DNA of 64,000 nt from the NCBI GenBank assembly GCA_002633005.1, contig NMRA01000264.1, forward strand, positions 1-64,000. Reading direction: 5' to 3'. A program made the position numbers and the translations under genes. A model generated the notes under the pieces. That model saw only the letters and a program-made list of their open reading frames with translations, was not told the origin of the DNA and did not search any database. Origin of the DNA: Phoronis australis (lineage: Eukaryota; Animalia; Phoronida). Positions 53,823 to 64,000 of this stretch are shown here, in pieces. The first letter of the stretch is position 1. Every line of letters starts with the position of its first letter.

Positions 53823-54951
53823 AGCAAATGTATTTGTAGCGAGAGTTGTGTTTAAATAAATCACCAAGAAATTATACCGTTTCTAGATCATCTTTAAGTT
53901 GAATAACTCTGATACCAAATAACCATCTGATAGCCTTGTCAACATTTAAACATTGGAGGACACCTTTCAACGCCATGAGAAATTTTGAAAATCAACAAGC
54001 GTTGCTTACTGTTCCTCCAAAGAAAGTCTTGTTGTAGCATCAAAGTAATGTTAAAACCCCTCGGAGTCTCTTGGGGGACGTTTTGATAAAGGGTTGTACT
54101 TTGCTTTCTTTATCTCGCTCGAGAAAATTAGATATCATAAAGACAATGCCGTCCAAAATCAATAACACTCGTTTTAATACCTCATTGCAACAAATTAGTT
54201 AATGCATGAACGTGGCGAAAGAATAAAATATATCGAATTTTGGTCATTTCAATTGCTGGTGGTGTTCCCTGCCTAGAATCAGATACAATAACTACACAAC
54301 CAGTGTGATGCCTCGTATTACATTGTATTGTGTTGTGCTGTACTGTGTCGTAACTTACCGTATTGTATTACACTGTACTGTATTGTACTATATTGTGTCT
54401 TGATTTATGGATGAGCTGATAGTCAATATTGTTTATGACCAATCTCGGTGAAAAATTAACAGAGCCTGGTGTCAAGGAATAAAGAGCTGTTCGATCTTCT
54501 CAGATCTACGGCGGCGGGATAGTCTCTAATTCAAGTAAGGATTAAAGTGGGTGTCAAAAGTTAGTTCAGGAGGGTTCAGGCCAGTTTTAAGTAAGTGATT
54601 GAGAATGTGACTCATATGAGCTGTCACGTTTGTTACCACATAAACAACGTGGTTTCTTTCTTAGACTGTATTGTCAGGAACTACTACTTACGGTGACATC
54701 TATCGGGCAACATACATAACATGAGCTAAAGGAAATAATGTAAATAAGACATGTGTATTCTGAACTGAGAACGTCTCCAAACCAATTCAGGTGCCCCCAC
54801 CGTAAACGCAATAAAATCGCAAAGACGCAAGATCCAAGTCTCCGGGAAATATCGCCATCCATTACAAGCAAAGCACGTGGTCATGCTAGCTGCACTTGCA
54901 GTACTAGCTTTACTCGCGAGATTCTTGCGTCTACAGAACTCAATTCGGCAA

Positions 54952-55051
54952 TCAAAAATGTTTGCATCTTCCAAAGTTGCATATAAGACCACTGAAGCAA
55001 CAGTCCGAGTCAAACCAGCACCACCCGCCTTATGGCGAACATCGTTTCGCC
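54952..55051 (-). pseudogene. Mature-knottin exon c' with an in-frame stop
   Basis: (R)AKRCSP*GGWCWFDSDCCFSGLICNFGRCKHF*, with TAA where paralogues have TAC/TAT. A truncated extra exon start lies at ~55172-55199. Confidence 0.8.
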
Positions 55052-55643
55052 CTGAAAAAAATGAAAGAGATCAGGCTTCACCAAGTTTTAATGCTCAAAG
55101 CATGATATGTACGTCATGTTTAGTTAAAGAAATAGGGCCGACTTCATTTCGGTTTTAAAAAGTTCGCGCAACCCGCCGTATGGCATGTATCGTCTCGCCC
55201 TGAAGAAAAAAATGAAAGAGTTTAGGCTTCACCAAGATTTAATGCACAAAATATGATATGCAAACACTGTTTAGTTAAAGAAATTCCTTTGACTTGATTT
55301 CAGTTTTAAAAAGTTCGTGTAATAACTCTTAACATTTACTAATTCAATGAAAACGTGCTGCCTAACGACGAGCCTTCAACTGACACAGTCACGCTGGCAG
55401 TTGTGTTAAAAAAGTGAATCTTCAAGAAGCTAGACCACGTTTAAGTTGAGAAACCTATAGAGACCAAATGACTATCTGGGAGCCTTGTCAAATTTTGAGC
55501 ATCGGATGATAGCTCACAACTGTGTGCACAGTTTTCAACCCCCGGGCTCCGCCGAATAAAGTGCAGTTGTAGCATCAGAGTAACGTTAATAACCCTGGGA
55601 TGACTTGGAGGGCGTTTTGACGGAGAGCTGTAGTTTGCTTTGA

Positions 55644-56636
55644 CATAGGCGAATTTAGGGGGGGGGGCCAGGGAGCCCGCCCCCCCTCCTTGGCTGCTGC
55701 AAAAAATAAAACAGCAAGAGCGTAGGGAAATGTTGAGTTTTTTAATTTGCCCCGGTACTTAAAATTATACGGATGAAAAAAGATTTAAATGTGTGCAGTT
55801 TTAGTGTTGGGGGGGGGCTCAATTCCAATTTCAAGTGTCAAATTCGGAACACGGCGCATTCGTAACGGAACTATGGCTAAGTGTAGGCTCTCCCGCGATA
55901 TCCCAGGCGACCGGCAGTGGCGCTGCGCACTACGACTCCGTTGCTGTCGTCTGCTCCACTGTGCAATGGAGAAAATTTACTTCATTTTTTAAAGAAAATG
56001 GAACCTGAGTGACGATGAAAAAAAAAAGCTGCTGGTAAGATGTGAATTTTATTCGAAGCCTAAGTGAATCACTCAAAAACTCATTAATTCTCTCTTTGTC
56101 AAACCTTAACTTAAGACGATTTCCACTAGCAATCCCGTCATTATTGCCAACACGAAAAACGGATTTGGTCTTTTGGGCATTTGAAGACTATTTTAAATAC
56201 AACAAATTTGTTAAGAACCGATTACACAAAATATAAAACGTGTAATAAGCATTACAAAAAGAAGTAGCAAACGCTGTGGACCATAAACAAGTAGGTCTCT
56301 TATTTTCATGGAAGAAGAGTAGTCGTGGTGGTGCAGTGGTAAAGTACGCGCGTCCTTGCAGCCAGGTCGTGAGTTCGAATCTGTGAAACACTTTTTCCTG
56401 TGTGACATGTTCTCCGTGTTTTTTTCCTTTTTTTCTTGGATAATGCATCAGAAATCAAGGAAAATGCTTGATTTTTAGAGGAAAAAACAGAAAAGTTTCC
56501 TGGGCGGAGAGGGGTTTGCCCCCCTACCGACCTCCCCCCATTCGGTGCTGTGCGCATTTACAATCGTGGTTTGCGCAAATGCTTACAGCCGGAGAAAATA
56601 TTGGGCCCCCCTTGTGATATCCTAGATCCGCCACTG
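55644..56636. mobile_element. Non-autonomous TIR element containing a tRNA-derived SINE head (56321-56385)
   Basis: Ends CATAGGCGAATTTAGG / CCTAGATCCGCCACTG; absent from copy A at ~38285; CTTTG duplicated on both flanks. Confidence 0.75.
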
Positions 56637-57626
56637 CTTTGTTTATCTCGTTATTTCGGATAGATATCACAGAACTAAAGCCGTCCAAAATGAACAGTAT
56701 TCAGTTTAACCCTAATCAAAACTCGTTAATTGATGCAGGAACCTGTGATGAACGTGGAAAAACAATAAGGTAATGGACAGGTTATTTTAATTTTTGTGGT
56801 TTTCGTGCACACAATTCGATACTTTATATCTGCAAAATCAGTGTGGTGCTTCATATTCGTTTTGTATTAAACTGTAATATATTGCTTTGCGTTGTGCTGT
56901 ACTGTATCGCACCTTATTTCATTTTATCATATTGTACTGTATTATATTGTATCACACCTTATTGTATTTTATCATATTGTACTGTATTATATTGTATTGT
57001 TCCTTGGTTTGTATTGTGTTGAACTGCATTTGTCATATTATAGTTTTCAACACAGTCGAAGTTGTATAACTAAAGTACCCGTTGGTCGCTATCAAGTTAA
57101 GTTATGATTTAGACCGCTTTTCACTGTTAATCTGGTTTCAATTTTAGTTTTGGTCGGTTTAGAAATAATGTTTGGGCTATGGAAGAACTGAAAGTCTCGG
57201 CAGTGTTTGAGACCATCATCGATGCATAAAAGGACACGCCATAACTCGCCTGGTATCAAGCAATAATGAACAGTCAGTTCTTCCCAAACCCTCGAATTGT
57301 CCAATTCGAATTTGGATCAAGTTAAAATCACATTTATAACGGTAAGTGTCCTAAGTCAAAATTATGGATGGAGGGTTCAGAGCACTTTTAAGTAAATGAT
57401 CGAGAATGTGACACATATGAGCTAAAAAGAAATAATGTAAATGAGACATTTATATTCTGAACTGAGAATGTCTCCCAATCAATTCAGTTGCCCGTTCCGT
57501 AGACGCAACAAACTCGCGAAAACGTAAGGTCACGCAAACCTTCGCCATGCATTGCAGGAAAAGCGCATGATCGTACTAAATTTACTCACGACATTGTTGC
57601 AACTCCGAAAATCAACCTGGCATTCA

Positions 57627-57726
57627 TCAAGATCTGCATCTTCCATGTCTACATCTAAGATAATTGAAGCAACAGTCCCAACTAAAGCGACACCACCCGC
57701 CGTAAAATGAACATCGTCGTCTCATC
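57627..57726 (-). CDS. Intact mature-knottin exon b' without its own leader exons
   Basis: TTTTTTCTTCAG acceptor; (R)MRRR-CSFYGGWCRFSWDCCFNYLRCRHGRCRS*. Confidence 0.75.
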
Positions 57727-58428
57727 CTGAAGAAAAAACGAAAGAATTTAGACTTCACCGAGTTTTGAAACACAAGCAAGATATATAAAGCATGTTTTGT
57801 TAAATAAACTGTTTCGGCTGCTACGATAATTTTAACTACCATGTAATGCAATTTCACTTAACTACAGTGTCGTGTCCGTAAGGAGTCGCTCGTTATCTCT
57901 AAGTTGATTTTAACTGACAAAGGAGCGTGAATTACTAACAGCCCTGCTTTCTTGCAATGTTCAGGTCGTTGTGGTTTCCGTCATTTGTACTACATCAAAA
58001 TGTTTATGGATGCCGGTGAAAAAATCATCGAGCTGGTGTGTCAAGTCAATACAAACACATGGATGCATTTTGTTTGTGTTGACCCTGATGACTCTATTTG
58101 CCAAAACAGGAAATAGTCATTCGCGTTTTGACATCTTCGCGATCGCTACAAAAAATGTGATTTTCCTCTTCCATTCACGTTTGTGGTGGGCATTGTAACT
58201 GAGCCCAACTGAAAGAAGCACGGACATGCATAGGAACTACAGATGGCTAGCTTTTATTGTATATTCGATCCATTTTTGGATTTGATTGGATCTATTTGTT
58301 AAAAAGTCGGTGGTCAGAAGTCGGTAAATATATACAGATACTTTTTACTATGGCTGTTTTTTTCCAGATTTTTCCACAAAAATTACATTTTGAGTCTCTT
58401 TGGGACATCCAGTGTTAGTATGTGTCAA

Positions 58429-58573
58429 ATGCTTACAGGCAACGTCAGCCCTGGAGTTCTGCGCCTTCTGCTGTCACGGGGATGGTCTGGGGAGGGGATT
58501 AATGCACCAGCATATCCCCAATGATCCTGTCCGTGACAGGTATTACAGGTATTACAGGTATTACAGGTATTAC
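58429..58573 (+). mobile_element. 5'-truncated retroposon 3' end
   Basis: 12-bp TSD AGTATGTGTCAA (58417-28 and 58574-85), stem CTGTCACGG/CCGTGACAG and (ACAGGTATT)4 tail; absent from copy A. Confidence 0.8.
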
Positions 58574-58647
58574 AGTATGTGTCAACATTACGGCTTTCCA
58601 GAATGGCACCAAGAAGTCTTTATTCGCATCAGTGAACAAACAGTTAA

Positions 58648-59940
58648 AGAGTTCCCACCATGACCCTGTGTTTCGAAAAGGAATTTTATTATTACATCTT
58701 AACAGATTTAATAGCCTTTAGTACACCTGTTGCTACGAAACAAGCTAAAAATTTCAAAAATATATTTTTCTGTAATCGAGTTTGTACGCAATGGGTGGAA
58801 GACCGCCTCAGCTGTTGTTGTTTTACCAATGCGATACTGAGGAGTTGTGAAGAAAGTTCGCGGGGAGCCGTCTTTTTCAGACATGAAAAGGCGCGTTTGT
58901 GGAAACTGCGGTAACAACAACTTGACTGAGAACGTCTTTGTGTTCAAATTTCCTAAATACGTGAAAGTTGCACAGAAATGTCATCGTTTTGTCATGGGCG
59001 GCGCACTAGAGGGGCCTGGGGGTAGGGCTATAACCCCCCACTTTTTCAGGGCTAAGCCGCCCATGGTCTATAGGCGGTGCACCACAGGAGGGCTGTGGGG
59101 GGGGGGTTAGCCCCCACTTTTTTCAGTGCTGTGCCACCCATGATTGTGCGTCGAACAAGAGTGTGGAGTGTCAGTGTGGAACATGGGATTCAGTTTGACG
59201 TAAGCCACACTTTGATCGGCACATTTCAAAGAATCGTGTTTCGACCACACACATAAGAGGCGTTACAATGAAGGACTCACCACCAAGTAAGTGCATTTGC
59301 AAATTTTGTAAATAACGAACAAACTGCTTCCACTCGAGGGCGAGTGATGCCAGGCCCTGGACCCCGGCCCAGATCGAGTGCTACTACAAATAGGCTTATG
59401 CATATTGTATTCAGACTGTCCTCATTCCATCACGGCAATAGTGAATAAGAGTAACCCAGGTTTGCTGTGGTCTTTGTCAGTGATTATTAAGTGTCTATTT
59501 TGTGAGTAGTGACCACCACTTGGTAGAGTCACATATGTCATTTCTCGTGCAAGTGGGTCGAATTCATACGGCCTCAAAGCCGACGAAAGTTCGCTCAATG
59601 GGAAATCGAGTTCATTGTCTGATTCTTCAGTTACTTGAGTGTGATGCCCGTATCCACTCTCCTCTCTGTCTACATAATAATTGTCCAATTCTCGCCCAAT
59701 ATTGTCATTGTCTTCTAACCTGCAGTGTTCCGACATTGCAAATGATTGTCAAGCGGCCAACCGTCTTCCACCCATTGCATCATTTGGCGGGAAAGTTAGA
59801 AATAAGTATTTTTTCTTCAAAATTAAAAAAGTTGCGACTATTTGGCATAAAAAGTGCCTATTTAGCAAGATTTTATGGTATTCGATTCATATTAGCTAAC
59901 TGAAACCTGCAAAAGTAAGAAAATGCATGGTGGGAACTCT
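58648..59940 (+). mobile_element. Kolobok-like non-autonomous transposon with a THAP remnant and a nested MITE (~58993-59142)
   Basis: TIR AGAGTTCCCACCATG / CATGGTGGGAACTCT and TTAA TSD, with the empty site at ~40088. Coding remnant MKRRVCGNCGN..FKFPK..RFV / RRTR..SAHFKESCF. Confidence 0.8.
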
Positions 59941-60762
59941 TTAAAGCAGGCATTCGTAACAACCGATGTTTCATAGCAATGATAATTCATAACTGAGACG
60001 TCAGTGGTGCTTGGAATTATTATTTTGTAATAGGACTTATACTGTGTTTTGTTGTATTGTATCGTATTGCACTATGCTTTGTACCGTGGTGTATCCTTGA
60101 ATGTCTTTCGTTGTTTGTATGCTATAACATGGTTTTCAATCATGTGTTATATAAATGGCCGTTTTCTTTTTACACGGCTACAAGTCAGACTTTGACTTAG
60201 TTTTATTTTAGACCACTTTCAGGTTTAAAATTGGCCTCAAAATTTCCTTACCCGGTGAGAAATGATTTCTGGGCTATGGGCGAACTGACATTTTGACAGT
60301 GTTTGGAACCATGCTCGGCCTATAAAAGGACATTTCGGGTAAAAGTCTTAACAGAGTCTGATCTCAAGCAAAAATAATCTGGCTGTTTTTCTCAAACAAA
60401 CGAATCGCCTTTAATTCAAGCACGGAAGCTGTAACTAAAGCCGGAGTTATGGCGGTTAGTGTGCTAACTCCATCAAAAGTTAATTTTTTGTGCAGAAGGC
60501 CGGTTTAGAGTCGCTTTTAAGTATAATAAGTGAGAATGTGGCATATATAAGCTAAAAAGAAATAATCAAAATGAGACATTTATATTCTGAAGCGAGAAAG
60601 TCTCTCAAACAATTCAGGTGTACGTTCCCTAGACGTAACAAACTCGCAAAAGGCATGATCATGTAAGTCTTCCCGAGATATCGCCATACATTACAAGCAA
60701 GGAACGTGATTATGCTAGCTACACTCGCGAGATTCTTGCGTCTACAGAACTCAACCCGGCAT

Positions 60763-60860
60763 TCATCTGCATCGTCCATATATACATCTAAGATAACTGT
60801 AGCAACAGCTCCGAATCAAAGATGCACCACACGCCGTATGTTGAACATCGTCATCTCCCT
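60763..60860 (-). pseudogene. Mature-knottin exon d', damaged
   Basis: R*RCSTYGVWCIFDS(+1 nt)CCYSYLRCIYGRCR*; the normal acceptor region has been deleted. Confidence 0.75.
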
Positions 60861-61791
60861 CTGCTTTCCAGAATGGAACCAAGTAGTCTTTATTTGCATC
60901 CGTGTACAAACAGTTACAAGAAGATATCCGTTGTAGTCGACGATTCATAACTGAGACATCAGTGATGCTTCGTATTACTTTGTATCAAACTGTAATAGAC
61001 CTTATACGGATTTGTATTGTGTTGTATTGTATCGCATTGTATTGTATTATATCATGATGTACTGTGTTACATCGTAATGTATTGCACTGTGTCTTGTTAT
61101 CGTGATGTAGGGCCTACTGCTGAATGCCCATCTCTGTTTTTACGTCATATTATGGTTTTAAACACAGCCAACGTTTAGTTGAGTAAGTTAAATGACCGTA
61201 ATCGGCTACAAGTCAGACTTTGACTAACTTGTAATTCATACCACTTTACGGAATAAAATTGGCCTAATTTCCTTACTCAGATGAGAAATGATTTCTGACC
61301 TATGGACGAACTGACATTTTGCAGTGTTTGAAACCATGCTCCGCCCATAAAAGGATACGTCCTGTAAAAATATAACTCAACAGAGCCTGATCTCAAGCAA
61401 TAAGAAGCTGTCAGTTCTTCCCAATCCCACGAATCGTCTTGCTAATTCGAACAAGGAATTTTTAACTAAAACCGGATTTAAGTCGGCTCGTGTGCTAAGT
61501 CGATCAAACGTTTTTGTGCAAAAGGCCGGTTTAGAACTATTTTTAAGTATAAGTGAGAATGGGGCATATAAAAGCTAAAAAGAAATAATCAATACGAGAC
61601 ATTTATATTCTGAACAGAGAGCGTCTCTCAATCAATTCAGGTGCACGTTCCGTAGACGTAACAAACTCGCAGAACGCAAGATCAAGCAAGTCTTCGCGAG
61701 ATATTACAATGCATTACAAGCAAAGCATGTGATCCTAATAGCTACATTTGCGAGATTCTTGCGTCTACAGAACTCAGTCCGGCATTCATCT

Positions 61792-63486
61792 TTATCTGCA
61801 TCGTCCGGAGCTACAACTATGATAACTGTAACAACAGTCCGAATCATAGTTGCACCACTCGCCATATGACCTACATCGTCGCCTCTCCCTGAAGAATAAT
61901 CAAAACAATTTAGGCTTCACCAAATTTTGATGCACAAAACATGATAAGTAAAGCATGTTTAGTCAAAGAAAATGTTTCGTCTTCGTTATAGTAAAACTAT
62001 TCGTGTAACGAATAGTCTTAACCCTGTGAGAGTGTTTACTGGGTCCTAGCGTTAATCAATTTAGTGAAAATGTATTCCCAAATGGTGGTCTTTCAAAATG
62101 CACGTTTTTAAAGGAAAAAATAAAAAGCATCCAAATATACACCAAAGATGAATCTTTAAGAATTTAAAAATAGTGTTTACAGAAAAGGTAAATGCTTGCA
62201 GGTTTGCAATTTTCAACTGTATTGAGAAATTTCGTATTTGCTGAGTGCAACTGAAAGACGCACAGATTCGAATCATCCCGGGCTACCAATGACTAGCTTT
62301 TGCATTTTTGAATTAAAGTGAATTTGTTGTTTAAAAGCTTATAGCTTTAAATCAATAGACTTATATAGCTATTTTTGAAAACGGTTGCTTTTTCCAGAAA
62401 TTTCCATAAAATCAACAGTTTAAAATAGACATGACGTCTGTTAGGAATATCCGGCATTGGTGTATGTCAATATCACGGTTTTCCAGAATGGCACCAAGTA
62501 GTCTTTATTCACATCAGTGTACAAACAGTCAAAGGAAATATTTGTTGCAATCGTTGTTCATTACTTTTCGTGATGATGACGATTGATATCTGGGACACCA
62601 GTGAAGGATTATTTGAAAACTGACGGAAATACGTAACCTGCTCACATTTACCCAAAATGTGTTTTTGCGATGGCAACATCAGGTTGAATTCGATACATCC
62701 AGATTCACGTGTCATGTCCTTGTAGAAGTGCAAAGAACTTTTACGAATACCTTGCATCAAAATCGCAATTACGGGGAAGTTACCTGAAGAGTTTGTTGTC
62801 ATCCATATCGTTCTGATCCTGTGTCACTAAAAGAAAGAAAACCATTAAAGTTTTGTGAATTTGTAGGTTTTTGTGAGTCTAAGTTTTTGTGTTATTAGGA
62901 TTCGGGAAAGTCAAGAACTACGCTAAAACCTGTTAGAAGGCAATCCACGCGCTTGGTGGAAATTCCGTTACAAACAAGAACATCGACACCATCGGCTACT
63001 CAAGACAACGTTTCAGAATTTATTGGGGTTGCCAATTGTTGAACTCGAAAATGACGCATTTATGCATTGACTCTGACTTGAGTTCGTAAGGGTAATGGAA
63101 TCCTATCACTGTAAAGAATATCATGAGTTCGATTACATGAAATATGATTTTTTTGGTTTTTTGCCAGCTAATCAGGACGACAAGTAACCTTAAGTATTCT
63201 ACACGGTAAACAAAGCCATGGACACGCGTGTTGATAATGAGTTTAGAAGGCTTGCTAATGGGTATTTAATTCTCTTTAAGTACGGAGCTAGTGTTCTTTT
63301 TGACAAAGAGCACCGAGCTGCGTTAGGCTTAACTCTAAGATTAGTGAAAGTTCAGATAACAACACATCTTAGTTCACGTTCGGTGTTGCCCACGCTGCTG
63401 ACGTAGATATTTCCATTTTCCGACTTACCAGCACAAGCGTAATTCAACAGGAGCCCAACGACAAGAATTACGTAGACCTTCTTCAT
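61792..63486 (-). CDS. Secreted ICK/knottin peptide precursor K2, complement join(61792..61888,62784..62826,63429..63486), 65 aa
   Basis: MKKVYVILVVGLLLNYACA-VTQDQNDMDDNKLFR-ERRR-CRSYGEWCNYDSDCCYSYHSCSSGRCR*; canonical splice sites in the same phases as K1. Confidence 0.9.
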
Positions 63487-64000
63487 TCTCGAGCTTGGAT
63501 TGACTTCCGCCTAAAGACAAATTTGAACTTTCAAAGTGATTACGGGGTGGGAAGATTATTTGATTGAATGCGTCCGCCTGCCCGTCTATCTGTCTGTCTG
63601 CTCAGTAATTCAAGTGCTCGATTATTAGTCTAGGCTGGACTTACAGTTAACTTTATTCTCCACTAGAGATAATTTCAGGCCGAATTCATACTTTAATGCT
63701 CCATGAAACCCGAGAGAATAATGCTGAAAGGATACTAAACCCTGTGTTGGTGAAGTTGTCCGAAATTGTTTCCGCCACCTGTTATATTTCCCTGGAAAAA
63801 TGAAAGCTAAAACTCAGTCCTTACTGAGTCACAAAAAGGATCCGGTGGAGGCGCAGACTCTCCCACAGTGGTCCAATTTAACCTATTTTGCAAGGAGTTG
63901 TCGTCGTCTGTATGGTACTTTTTTGTTTCAAACGTGCCTACGTGTTCAGACGTTATGTTTCACTGCGACGCAATGGTTTGCGTGAACAAATTCCTGGATG

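Larger units (their letters stand above)
54405..64000 (+). repeat. Segmental duplication, copy A'
   Basis: Collinear with 37430-43620. Confidence 0.95.

Noticed and set aside
60763-60948. 61-aa ORF ending CCYSYLRCIYGRCR as a novel fused gene
   Set aside because: Produced by a deletion plus a 1-nt insertion; it lacks a signal peptide and the first loop of the framework.

Overview
AT-rich, repeat-dense eukaryotic DNA, most likely a marine invertebrate (lophotrochozoan-like); the species cannot be fixed from sequence. The ORF track misses the main content: a cluster of small, spliced, secreted cystine-knot (ICK/knottin, C-C-CC-C-C) peptide genes with toxin-like signal / acidic propeptide / mature-peptide exons. 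Two intact minus-strand 3-exon precursors could be spliced by hand (43091-41355 and 63486-61792). Each is followed by extra mature-peptide exons that have no leader exons of their own, so they may be alternative last exons. A second, plus-strand knottin family has three pseudogenised copies, and a decayed multi-knot exon lies at about 45.2-45.7 kb. The cluster sits in tandem segmental duplications (about 27.8-44 kb versus 52.7-64 kb). The first 20 kb is a degenerate tandem array of a ~1.8 kb unit with exon-like modules. Transposons include a Gypsy gag remnant, CR1/L2 and Hero-like LINE remnants, an Academ element inserted in a knottin exon, a Ngaro-type tyrosine-recombinase retroelement with an SGNH hydrolase, a Kolobok THAP derivative, Helentron-like elements carrying CTCF-like motif arrays, and Penelope-type hammerhead ribozymes. 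All alignments and translations were done by eye; family names rest on recognised motifs, not database searches.
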